64,000 nt of DNA. It comes from Macrostomum hystrix. Its lineage: Eukaryota; Animalia; Platyhelminthes. The stretch spans positions 62,001-126,000 of the forward strand of contig CATNEN010000025.1 in NCBI GenBank assembly GCA_950097015.1, in the 5' to 3' direction. The translations under genes and the position numbers were made by a program. The notes beneath the pieces are model-generated. The model ran no database searches, had not been told where the DNA came from, and saw only the letters and a program-made list of their open reading frames with translations. This document shows positions 27,147 through 38,555 of this stretch, piece by piece. Each line of letters begins with the position of its first letter. The first letter of the stretch is position 1.

Positions 27147-27905
27147 ACGCATTTTGCTCCATTGCAGCTCAGTTAAATTCCAGTTATTTTCGAAAGCAGA
27201 AACAAATGTATGTCTTTCTGCTTGAATGCATTTAGTAGATGAGAACTGAATTGAAAGCAGAGCGCAAGTCTAAATATGTTTTCTGTAAAACTGAGTCACT
27301 GCTAAAAAGCCATGAACAATGCCTGGAAAATAAGGCACTGATCTCAGAAATTCTATTCGAGGAGTTTTCTAAATGACTACAAGGCGAATGCGTTCATTGT
27401 TGTCAGCTGGGCATTGGACTCGGTATTTCCAATTCTTCCTGTAGCAGGAAATTGCCACCTTGTTAACATATAGCTTTCACGGCGGTATAGAGGCCGGGTT
27501 CCTAGAAATTTCTGGCTTGAATTTTAAGCCAACAATTTTTTTTGTCGAATGCCTTCAACAAAACCCCTCACACGCCTAAGTTAAATGCTTACCTAACATT
27601 CTCCTTTGTTGGCTGGAAATGCATGCCCTATTTTTCTGCTCCTCCTTTCCATTATTAATTGATTGATTTGTCAGCCTTTGACAGCTGCAATTACTTTTGA
27701 TGGGCATTCGGACACTGAAGAGAAGTGAAAAAGTCTGCATCAAAGCCATATGGTAAGCTACTCTCAGAAACACCCAGAAATGCCTGTCTTGCCTTAAGTC
27801 TTGTTTGTCTTCGTGTCTTGTGCTCTCTTTCCAGCACATTTCTTCTTAGTTGTAGATATTTATCTACTCAGTCCACTGAGTTTCACAATGTCCACTGTTC
27901 AATCA

Positions 27906-28367
27906 TTTCATGTGTCCTGTGTCCTCTGTTCCACCGAGTCATGTGTCCTGTGTCCTCTTTTCTACCGAGTCATGTGTCCTGTGTCCTCTGTTCCACCGAG
28001 TCATGTGTCCTGTGTCCTCTTTTCTACCGAGTCATGTGTCCTGTGTCCTCTGTTCCACCGAGTCATGTGTCCTGTGTCCTCTTTTCTACCGAGTCATGTG
28101 TCCTGTGTCCTCTTTTCTACCGAGTCATGTGTCCTGTGTCCTCTGTTCCACCGAGTCATGTGTCCTGTATCCTCTGTCCCACCGAGTCATGTGTCCTGTG
28201 TCCTCTGTCCCACTGAGTCATGTGTTTTGTATCCTCTGTCCCACCGAGTCATGTGTTCTGTGTCCTCTGTCCCACCGAGTCATGTGTTCTGTATCCTCTG
28301 TCCCACCGAGTCATGTGTCCTGTGTCCTCTGTCCCACCGAGTCATGTGTTCTGTATCCTCTGTCCCC
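27906..28367. repeat. 31-bp minisatellite, about 15 copies
   Basis: Unit gagtcatgtgtcctgtgtcctctgttccacc; 31-aa periodicity in the ORF track. Confidence 0.95.
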
Positions 28368-28371
28368 ACTA

Positions 28372-28770
28372 CTCCAAAGGCGCACAACTCGGCGACATCA
28401 CGAGAAGAAGTTGACCGACCCCGACTGCGCGGACGACCTCGCCCTGCTGTCTCCAACGGCCGAGGGCGCCTAACAGCTGCTAGACTAGCTAACAGCGAGG
28501 GTCGGCCTCACCATCAATGCAAATGGCGCCGCTCAACCGTCAGCACCAAGATTCGACTCAGAGCCGACGACGGCCGACGGCGAAGCCTAAGCCGCTCTTT
28601 GATCTGAATTAAAAATACTGGATAAGTGAGCGCAAGTCCAACGTAAGAAAAAATTGGACAAACTAATTATCACGGTCATAAGACTCGTATCTGAGGCCCT
28701 GACAGGCAGCACCAGGCCACAGCTGTTCCAGGCGGTTGTGGAGACCGCCCTTGTGATCGCCGCGGGATGT
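28372..28770 (+). pseudogene. Decayed non-LTR retrotransposon reverse-transcriptase fragment (RTE-like)
   Basis: KKLTDPDCADDLALLSPTAEGA*QLLD*...VGLTIN resembles the DLDFADDIALLS...QxLL...GLxIN segment of LINE RTs; downstream QLFQAVVETAL resembles the LFxAxVESxLLYG motif. In-frame stops. Confidence 0.65.
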
Positions 28771-29094
28771 GCCAATATTATTAATTTAAAACTGCGCACG
28801 AGTGCACACCCTTGCAGTATGTCTGTAATGAAAGATCAACTTCATTTAAATTGAAAGCATTCAACTCTGCTGAGAGCCAGACATTCTGTCATTCAAGCAG
28901 TGGGCTTGACAACCTCGTTTCTTCGCTGCGAAGTTGCTGCATTCTAAAAAGTGCACATAAAAATTGACGGCGAGAGTTGGCGAGAAAGTGTGACGGCTGG
29001 CGGAGGACCTGTCTGACAGTGGGACGGCGCCCGTCGCAGACACGCAAAGATTAATTGCCAACAAATGAACCTCCCCCAATCGCACAGCAACAGT

Positions 29095-29195
29095 AGGTAG
29101 GAGGTGATTCTGCCTATTCCGTTGACTCCTGAGCACACACTCATACATGCGTAAATTCGCACTGACTTTCTCATCATTAGGCACTATACATTCTC
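29095..29195 (-). mobile_element. SINE family B, diverged fragment
   Basis: attctgcctattccgttgactcctgagcacac...tgactttctcatcattaggca matches 38304-38415. Confidence 0.65.
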
Positions 29196-29451
29196 AATCG
29201 AGATTGTGTGAGCGTTAGACCACTCTACAATTTATCCCCTTAATACTGTCAGACTGTTATAGGCCAGTGTACGTTTAATTAATGCTTAATGCTTAAAAGT
29301 AGAGCCAAGATTAGAACCTGAAATCTCTATTTTAGAAGTAGATCGAACCACTTCACCACATAAAATTTCGGTCATCTTCTTAATAAATTCTTAGGCACAT
29401 TGAAGCTACTCAAGTTTTCACAACATATCGGTGGAAAAACTCAATACTCAC

Positions 29452-29728
29452 TCAACAATCTGGGAGACACTCGCCGACCGGAAGTCGCCGCAGTAGGGTA
29501 CCCGCCAGTTTGGTAGTCCGAGCGGTCGGGGCAGCCGAGACAGCAAGCAGCCGCAGAGCTGGATGGCGCGCCGGTTCATTGCCTGCTCCTTGCAGGCCTC
29601 GAAGCTGTACGCGTAGGTGTTGTCCATGTCCGTGATGGCCGGAAGGGTGTCCGCGTGGCATTCGTCTATGGGCGAATCCCTGGCCTCCTGCCACAGCACC
29701 GTCTCGAACGCGATTTCAACCATCTTGC
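29452..29728 (-). CDS. DEG/ENaC subunit, exon 3 (Cys-rich thumb)
   Basis: Acceptor tttgccag|GC (phase 1, completes G|GC); YSFEACKEQAMNRRAIQLCGCL..PYCG; donor GA|gtgagt at 29452/29451 (277 nt). Confidence 0.9.
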
Positions 29729-29748
29729 CTGGCAAAGCAAGGCATGAA

Positions 29749-30190
29749 TGTTCTCAATCTGACCTGTTCTCAATCTGACCTGTTCTCAATCTGACCTGTT
29801 CTCAATCTGACCTGTTCTCAATCTGACCTGTTCTCAATCTGACCTGTTCTCAATCTGACCTGTTCTCAATCTGACCTGTTCTCAATCTGACCTGTTCTCA
29901 ATCTGACCTGTTCTCAATCTGACCTGTTCTCAATCTGACCTGTTCTCAATCTGACCTGTTCTCAATCTGACCTGTTCTCAATCTGACCTGTTCTCAATCT
30001 GACCTGTTCTCAATCTGACCTGTTCTCAATCTGACCTGTTCTTAATCTGACCTGTTCTTAATCTGACCTGTTCTCAATCTGACCTGTTCTCAATCTGATC
30101 TGTTCTCAATCTGACCTGTTCTCAATCTGACCTGTTCTCAATCTGATCTGTTCTCAATCTGACCTATTCTCAACCTGGCCTGTTCTCAAT
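29749..30190. repeat. 16-bp minisatellite (tgttctcaatctgacc)n, about 27 copies
   Basis: Direct reading; starts about 20 nt from the exon-3 acceptor. Confidence 0.97.
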
Positions 30191-30214
30191 CAAGAGACGG
30201 CTTGGGGACTTATG

Positions 30215-30330
30215 CAATTTGCGCTGTTGGGGTTTAACCCTCAAGGCACAGCGAGATTGTTCAGAGTGATGATGAAAAAGTCAGGGCAGATGTACACACC
30301 TGTGTGTGGTATGGCTACGTGTGTGCGCGT
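30215..30330 (+). mobile_element. SINE family B, internal fragment
   Basis: caaggcacag...gatgaaaaagtcagggcagatgtacacacctgtgtg matches 9658-9725. Confidence 0.7.
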
Positions 30331-30843
30331 TTGCTTAAGAGACCGGGGGAATGAGCAGAATTTCCGTGTAAAACCAGTAGTACGTATTTCTGAAATCCCA
30401 TTATAAATTTTGGATAATTCAAAACGTAATATTTTTTGTACAATTCTGAAAACCATTTAATTTAAGCAGCTTTCCGGTTAGTAAGTTATCGGCCAGTCAC
30501 GTGACTGGAATAATTATCCAAAGCAACAGTTTGAGTTAATGGGATTGCCTGGACTATATCCGAACTGATATGCACCCCTCATGCCACTGTTTGCCGAGCT
30601 GGGCCTAAAATTTTCTACTAAGAAGGAGAAGAAGAATCACAAATTAGCTTCCTGCTTAGTCGGAAGAGCAATGAACCATTGCTGCTGCTGCTGCTGCTGC
30701 TGCTGTCGCAGGCCCAGAGACTCAGAGTAATTACAGCGGAGATATTTCGGCTGTCTGAGAGCAGCACGGCATTAGCCAGTACGCAAAGCTTTAGAGACCT
30801 TGCCGCACTCTATTAACTAGCGCGATGATCGCACTGTCTAGGG

Positions 30844-31433
30844 TAGGGGTCGGCAATCTCCGGCCCGCGGGCCAGATGCGGCCATCGAAGCTCCCAAATC
30901 CGGCCCTTAGCTCCTCCTAACACCTACTCTACAGTACACCCTATCTCATCTCTCCCCTATCTCATCTCTCCCCTGTCTTATCTCTCCCTTGTCTTATCTC
31001 TCCCTGTCTTATCTTTCTCCTGTCTTATCTCTCTCCTGTCTCATCTCTCTCCTGTCTCATCTCTCCCCTGTCTTATCTCTCCCTGTCTTATCTCTCTCCT
31101 GTCTTATCTCTCTCCTGTCTCATCTCTCCCCTGTCTCATCTCTCCCCTGTCTCACCTCTCCCTGTCTTATCTCTCCCCTGTCTCATCTCTCCCCATTTTC
31201 ATCTCTCCCCTTTTTCATCTCTCCCCTGTCTCATCTCTCTTGCGTCTTATCTCCCCCGTCTCATCTCTCACCTGTCTGATCTCTCCTGTGTCTCATCCAC
31301 AGATTCTATAATAACTATAATAACAGTTATTATAGTATCTGTGGTCTCATCTCTCCCCTTTCTTCATGCGGCCCGCCGTCGTCTTTAAGATTCTCTCTTT
31401 AGCCCGCGTGGTATATAAGGTTGCCGACCCCTG
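30844..31433. mobile_element. Non-autonomous hAT (Charlie-like) MITE with internal 16-bp tandem repeat
   Basis: TIRs taggggtcggcaa / ttgccgacccctg; 8-bp TSD gtctaggg at 30836-30843 and 31434-31441; internal ggcccgcgggcc motif; interior (ctcatctctcccctgt)n at about 30941-31360. Confidence 0.9.
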
Positions 31434-31847
31434 GTCTAGGGGGTCTGGTTGTAGTCGGCGACGACCAAGCAAAATATATTATTATTCAAATTTAAATATT
31501 TGGCGCCAACGAACGGTGAACAGTGACGGACAGATGCAAATTAACTTTCTCGTCCGGGTAAGACCGTTGTTTACAGTTACTTAGTTAAAAAAAATTACAA
31601 CGACTGTAATAGTACTTTGTACTCTAAAAGTACTCGAAAAGTTATTCTAAAATGTTTGGGCTCACAGAAATGAAGCACGATTTGGGCTCAGGAGCTCCTT
31701 AGTAGGCAAATTTGACAAAATGTTTGTTGATTTGCAATAGAGACTTTAAATAATTCATTTAAGAATTTGTGTGAATTCAATGTTTTGTTCAAAATTACGT
31801 CGTAGATTTTTTATCACAGGTTGAAAAAAATTCATGGAAAATCCGCC

Positions 31848-34800
31848 ATTGGACTTCAATTGGAAAGCACACCGTTTGATGAAGGTCGTGGAAACCTCCG
31901 TTGGAAAGCACACCGTTTGATGAAGGTCGTGGAAACCTCCATTGGAAAGCACACCGTTTGATGAAGGTCGTGGAAACCTCCATTGGAAAGCACAACGTTT
32001 GATGAAGGTCGTGGAAACCTCCATTGGAAAGCACACCGTTTGATGAAGGTCGTGGAAATCTCCGTTGGAAAGCACAACGTTTGATGAAGGTCGTGGAAAC
32101 CTCCGTTGGAAAGCACACCGTTTGGTGAAGGTCGTGGAAACCTCCGTTGGAAAGCACAACGTTTGATGAAGGTCGTGGAAAACTCCATTAGAAAGCACAC
32201 CGTTTGATGAAGGTCGTGGAAACCTCCGTTGGAAAGCACAACGTTTGATGAAGGTCATGGAAACCTCCGTTGGAAAGCACACCGTTTGATGAAGGTCGTG
32301 GAAACCTCCGTTGGAAAGCACAACGTTTGATGAGGGTCGTGGAAACCTCCATTGGAAAGCACAACGTTTGATGAAGGTCGTGGAAACCTCCGTTGGAAAG
32401 CACAACGTTTGATGAGGGTCGTGGAAACCTCCGTTGGAAAGCACACCGTTTGATGAAGGTCGTGGAAACCTCCGTTGGAAAACACACCGTTTGATGAAGG
32501 TCGTGGAAACCTCCATTAGAAAGCACACCGTTTGATGAAGGTCGTGGAAACCTCCATTGGAAAGCACACCGTTTGATGAAGGTCGTGGAAACCTCCATTA
32601 GAAAGCACACCGTTTGATGAAGGTCGTGGAAACCTCCGTTGGAAAGCACACCGTTTGATGAAGGTCGTGGAAACCTCCGTTGGAAAGCACAACGTTTGAT
32701 GAAGGTCGTGGAAACCTCCGTTGGAAAGCACAACGTTTGATGAAGGTCGTGGAAACCTCCATTAGAAAGCACACCGTTTGATGAAGGTCGTGGAAAACTC
32801 AACTAGCCGACGCACAGTATGCTGAGCGCCTTGTAAAATTCCACTTTGAAAGGGCGTTTGACATTTTGAATGGGATAACTGTATCCGCTGTCACTTCCTT
32901 AACGCCACTTAGTTGAAGCGTCAAATAATAATAAAGAAAAATGTTCGATTTCTTATCAGATCCAGAAATTCCTCTGACCTGCGTTGCCGAGATACGCACA
33001 GCCCCGCATAACGTCTGGAAAGCTGAATTTTGTCGATTTTGTCGTGGAAAACTCCATTGGAAAGCATACCGTTTGGTGAAGGTCGTGGAAAACTCCATTG
33101 GAAAGCACACAGTTTGGTGAAGGTCGTGGAAAACTCCATTAGAAAGCACACCGTTTGGTGAAGGTCGTGGAAACCTCCGTTGGAAAGCACAACGTTTGAT
33201 GAAGGTCGTGGAAAACTCCATTAGAAAGCACACCGTTTGATGAAGGTCGTGGAAACCTCCGTTGGAAAGCACAACGTTTGATGAAGGTCGTGGAAACCTC
33301 CATTAGAAAGCACACCGTTTGATGAAGGTCGTGGAAAACTCAACTAGCCGACGCACAGTATGCTGAGCGCCTTGTAAAATTCCACTTTGAAAGGGCGTTT
33401 GACATTTTGAATGGGATAACTGTATCCGCTGTCACTTCCTTAACGCCACTGAGATGAAGCGTCAAATAATAATAAAGAAAAATGTTCGATTTCTTATCAG
33501 ATCCAGAAATTCCTCTGACCTGCGTTGCCGAGATACGCACAGCCCCGCATAACGTTTGGAAAGCAGAATTTTGTCGATTTTGTCGTGGAAAACTCCATTG
33601 GAAAGCACACCGTTTGTTGAAGGTCGTGGAAAACTCTATTGGAAAGCACACCGTTTGGTCAAGGTCGTGGAAAACTCCATTGGAAAGCACACCGTTTGGT
33701 GAAGGTCGTGGAAAACTCCATTGGAAAGCACAACGTTTGATGAAGGTCGTGGAAAACTCTATTGGAAAGCACACAGTTTGGTGAAGGTTGTGGAAAACTC
33801 CATTGGAAAGCACACCGTTTGGTGAAGGTCGTGGAAAACTCCATTAGAAAGCACACCGTTTGGTGAAGGTCGTGGAAAACTCCATTAGAAAGCACACCGT
33901 TTGGTGAAGGTCATGGAAACCTCCGTTGGAAAGCACACCGTTTGATGAAGGTCGTGGAAACCTCCATTAGAAAGCACACCGTTTGATGAAGGTCGTGGAA
34001 ACCTCCGTTGGAAAGCACAACGTTTGATGAGGGTCGTGGAAACCTCCGTTGGAAAGCACACCGTTTGATGAAGGTCGTGGAAACCTCCGTTGGAAAGCAC
34101 AACGTTTGATGAAGGTCGTGGAAACCTCCATTAGAAAGCACACCGTTTGATGAAGGTCGTGGAAAACTCCATTGGAAAGCACACCGTTTGATGAAGGTCG
34201 TGGAAAACTCAACTAGCCGACGCACAGTATGCTGAGCGCCTTGTAAAATTCCACTTTGAAAGGGCGTTTGACATTTTGAATGGGATAACTGTATCCGCTG
34301 TCACTTCCTTAACGCCACTTAGTTGAAGCGTCAAATAATAATAAAGAAAAATGTTCGATTTCTTATCAGATCCAGAAATTCCTCTGACCTGCGTTGCCGA
34401 GATACGCACAGCCCCGCATAACGTCTGGAAAGCTGAATTTTGTCGATTTTGTCGTGGAAAACTCCATTGGAAAGCATACCGTTTGGTGAAGGTCGTGGAA
34501 AACTCCATTGGAAAGCACACAGTTTGGTGAAGGTCGTGGAAAACTCCATTAGAAAGCACACCGTTTGGTGAAGGTCGTGGAAACCTCCGTTGGAAAGCAC
34601 AACGTTTGATGAAGGTCGTGGAAAACTCCATTAGAAAGCACACCGTTTGATGAAGGTCGTGGAAACCTCCGTTGGAAAGCACAACGTTTGATGAAGGTCG
34701 TGGAAACCTCCATTAGAAAGCACACCGTTTGATGAAGGTCGTGGAAAACTCAACTAGCCGACGCACAGTATGCTGAGCGCCTTGTAAAATTCCACTTTGA

Positions 34801-35822
34801 AAGGGCGTTTGACATTTTGAATGGGATAACTGTATCCGCTGTCACTTCCTTAACGCCACTGAGATGAAGCGTCAAATAATAATAAAGAAAAATGTTCGAT
34901 TTCTTATCAGATCCAGAAATTCCTCTGACCTGCGTTGCCGAGATACGCACAGCCCCGCATAACGTTTGGAAAGCAGAATTTTGTCGATTTTGTCGTGGAA
35001 AACTCCATTGGAAAGCACACCGTTTGTTGAAGGTCGTGGAAAACTCTATTGGAAAGCACACCGTTTGGTCAAGGTCGTGGAAAACTCCATTGGAAAGCAC
35101 ACCGTTTGGTGAAGGTCGTGGAAAACTCCATTGGAAAGCACAACGTTTGATGAAGGTCGTGGAAAACTCTATTGGAAAGCACACAGTTTGGTGAAGGTTG
35201 TGGAAAACTCCATTGGAAAGCACACCGTTTGGTGAAGGTCGTGGAAAACTCCATTAGAAAGCACACCGTTTGGTGAAGGTCGTGGAAAACTCCATTAGAA
35301 AGCACACCGTTTGGTGAAGGTCATGGAAACCTCCGTTGGAAAGCACACCGTTTGATGAAGGTCGTGGAAACCTCCGTTGGAAAGCACAACGTTTGATGAA
35401 GGTCGTGGAAACCTCCATTGGAAAGCAAAACGTTTGATGAAGGTCGTGGAAACCTCCGTTGGAAAGCACAACGTTTGATGAAGGTCGTGGAAACCTCCAT
35501 TGGAAAGCAAAACGTTTGATGAAGGTCGTGGAAACCTCCATTAGAAAGTACGAGTACACCGTTTGATGAAGGTCGTGGAAAACTCAACTAGCCGACGCAC
35601 AGTATGCTGAGCGCCTTGTAAAATTCCACTTTGAAAGGGCGTTTGACATTTTGAATGGGATAACTGTATCCGCTGTCACTTCCTTAACGCCACTTAGATG
35701 AAGCGTCAAATAATAATAAAGAAAAATGTTCGATTTCTTATCAGATCCAGAAATTCCTCTGACCTGCGTTGCCGAGATACGCACAGCCCCGCATAACGTT
35801 TGGAAAGCTGAATTTTGTCGAT
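31848..35822. repeat. 41-bp minisatellite interrupted by five copies of a 240-bp non-repeat segment; 1410-bp higher-order duplication
   Basis: Unit ttggaaagcacaccgtttgatgaaggtcgtggaaacctccg (41-aa periodicity); the segment aactagccgacg...ttttgtcgat starts at 32801, 33342, 34211, 34752 and 35586. Confidence 0.95.
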
Positions 35823-35989
35823 AACAAAATGGAAATTAGAAATTAACAGTAGAACTACCAAGGGGCGGGAATTCCCCCCCTGACAATTTTTTTGCTGCAC
35901 CCGAACGGAACAATGGAAGCACACGAAACTCAAGAACACGGGCCAACTTTTTGTTGCGCATCTTCTGAAACAAGAAACAAGTCGCCAGC

Positions 35990-36681
35990 TCTTCAGACCG
36001 TCGAGATATTCAATGTTTCTGGCCGAAGGTCCGATTTGTCCCATAAGAGCTAGTGTATTTCATACACCCCTATACACGAATTTGCACTGCGCCTCAGTGC
36101 GGCCTTTCCAGACCTTCAAACTTTATCAGCATGTCACCCGAATGTGCCTGCACCAGCTCCATCTTCGGGGGTCACCTACTATTATCTAGACGGAGCAGCT
36201 GGACCTTAAACAAGTAATAGTTGAGTTTAGGCCAATATCGAGGCTTTATTAGAGAAAGTAGAAAAAATTCGCTTTAGGGACTCCATTGCCAGCTGCTGGA
36301 GGCACCCTGCTGACGGTGCTGACGGCATCGGGGTGGTGACTGATTGGTTGACGTACTAGAGGAGCATGTAAAGTAGTTGAGTGTTGCCCAATGTCGAGGC
36401 TTGATCAGCGAAAGTAGAGAAATTCGCTTTAGGGACTCCATAGTCGGCTGGTTCCACTTGTTGAAGGTCAAACAGCTCCGTCTAGATAAAGGTCGGTGAC
36501 CGCCGAAGTCGGAGATGATGCAAGCACATTCGGGTGACATGCTGATAAAGTTTGAAGGTCTGGAAAGGCCGCACTTAGGCGCAATGCAAATTCGTGTATA
36601 GGGGTGTATGAAATACACTAGCTCTTATGGGACAAATCGGATCTTCGGCCAGAAACATTGAATATCTCGACGGTCTGAAGA
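35990..36681. mobile_element. Foldback/MITE-like element: about 225-bp inverted arms, two about 78-bp internal direct repeats
   Basis: 35990-36214 is inversely complementary to 36458-36681 (near-perfect in the outer 150 bp); direct repeats tagttgagt...ttcgctttagggactccat at about 36217 and 36374. No TSD found. Confidence 0.7.
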
Positions 36682-37387
36682 AAGTATATGGAGAAAGCAT
36701 ACATACGAATTTTCAGTTATCAAAAATGCTTCAGGAAATAGTTTTCTGCAGTGGTTTAGTGGCTAACTAGATCGTTTGATAATGGGGCAAAACGAATTAT
36801 TGCACAAAACTCTACAGAACAGTACATTAATTCTACGGGTTTGAAGTAGACAAGACAAGTAAGAACTGCACTCGAGATTAATTTTTTACAGCGCAATAAA
36901 CTCGCATAGTTACAAGCATCAAAGCTCATGGACAGCTGACAAGGCTCGACTCCATTCCTCATTGGAAGCGACCGGAGCGTTTGGTCTCTTAGTCGACACC
37001 TTCGAGTGCTTATATTTTACATTCTCTGTCATCATTCGATTAGCATAGGGCACGGAAGAACAAGCCTAGAGTTGGCAACAAGTTCTTACTTGGCTGCAAG
37101 CCCACCAGTACGTGGGAGCCTTTCAATGAGAATGGCGAACATAAGCCCACGACTAACTGAGATGAGAGACGGTGATAATTCCCAGACAGAAAGTCAGCAT
37201 AAGGCACAAAATTATATTTGAAATACAAAAAGACAGGCTGGAAAAAGATGAGGCCAATTCACCCACTGTAACAGAGGAGGCTTTCACATCATTAGCTTCA
37301 CGCTATCGATCCCTAACCAAAAATGTTTTTGACATTTGGCCTAGTCCTGTAGTGACATTGTACGTTGTAGATGACCTTGGTGGATAC

Positions 37388-37695
37388 AAGAGGTTGTAGC
37401 CTTGTGGTTAGAGTATCGGACTCACGACTTGAAGGTCGGGGGTTTGATTCCCGAATCCACTGGAACAATTTGTGTCCTTTAGCAAGAAACTTAACTCTGC
37501 ATTGCTTCAGTTCACCCAGCTGTAAAATGGGTACCAGCATCAGCTGGGATAATTGAAGGTGGGTGTGGCGTCCCCCCAGTCCATGGACTGAACAGCCGTA
37601 TGCAGCCATCAGATGCGCCGCACAATAGCTGCGGCTGTACTGTCGGCTGCACACCTGACCCGATTGGGGCAGGTGTAATCAATTATTATTTTTTT
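37388..37695 (+). mobile_element. tRNA-derived SINE, family A (CORE-like centre), full-length
   Basis: tRNA-like head, centre tgtgtcctttagcaagaaacttaactctgcattgcttcagttcacccagctgtaaaatggg, att/T tail; 10-bp TSD ttggtggata at 37377-37386 and 37696-37705. Confidence 0.9.
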
Positions 37696-37739
37696 TTGGT
37701 GGATAGTTAGTAGTTTGAGCACAGAGTTTGAGTACTCAC

Positions 37740-38221
37740 CCGGCTCGATATGTACTCCGCCGTGCTCAATGTCCGGATGCAAGCCGGCCTCGTGAAGTAG
37801 CAGTCTCAGCCCGTGCGCCTGGTCGAATACGTCCATAACGAAGGCGCGCTCCCAGGGCGATGTGGCTGCAGTCTGGCCTCCGCCCAGGTTCAGAATCAGG
37901 TAGACGGCGGACAGCTGCCTGGAGCTCTCAGTCTCCACTGGCATCACCGAGTAGCAGTTGAAGTAGCGCGGATGCGACACCAGCTGGAACCGCAGCTGGC
38001 ACTCCCTGGCCTTGCCGACCATCGCATAGTTGCCAATGGTGATCATGCAGTGCAGCAGGGAGTCCTCGGCGGAATGGCCCATGCGTACAGCAAGCTCTGG
38101 CGGCAGGTTCTGGTAGTAGGTGCTGACCTTGTCATAGAAGAGCAGCGTGCTGGCGTGACGGAACTCGCCAGCCATGAGCAGGGATCTTCGGGTTAAGCAG
38201 GAGCGTAATAAGCAGGCAGCC
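37740..38221 (-). CDS. DEG/ENaC subunit, exon 2 (extracellular finger/palm/beta-ball)
   Basis: HPRYFNCYS and GLRLLLHEAGLHPDIEHGGVHIEPG are typical DEG/ENaC motifs; donor G|gtgagt at 37740/37739. The acceptor is ambiguous: three in-phase AGs give exon starts at 38248, 38221 or 38185. Confidence 0.85.
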
Positions 38222-38223
38222 CT

Positions 38224-38555
38224 AAATAATAATAATAATTGCAGGGGGCTGCAGGGCAATGGCACATCATTTGGTCACACTAGACCCCCAGCCAGCGAGA
38301 GGCAATTCTGCCCATTCCGCTGACTCCTGAGCACACTCGCACACTAATACCGTACGCAGGCACACGCTCACACAGGTGTGTACATCTGCCTTGACTTTCT
38401 CATCGTCAGGCAGTGTACACTTCACTGTGCCTTGGAGGTTGGCCCTCAAGGGCGCAAATTGCACGACAAGCCCCCAAGTCTTCTCTCCGCGGCTGCGCCC
38501 CAAATGAATGTGGCCTCGCCGCGGAATCGAGCTCAGGGACCTTGGCGCGAGAGCG
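38224..38555 (-). mobile_element. SINE family B, 5'-truncated, tail abutting the exon-2 acceptor
   Basis: Reverse complement aligns along its length with 9540-9868; tail attattattatt is followed directly by the AG. Confidence 0.88.

Noticed and set aside
31848-35822. CRISPR array
   Set aside because: It lies in a spliceosomal intron of an animal gene, the 'spacers' are copies of one segment, repeats are directly tandem, and there are no cas genes.
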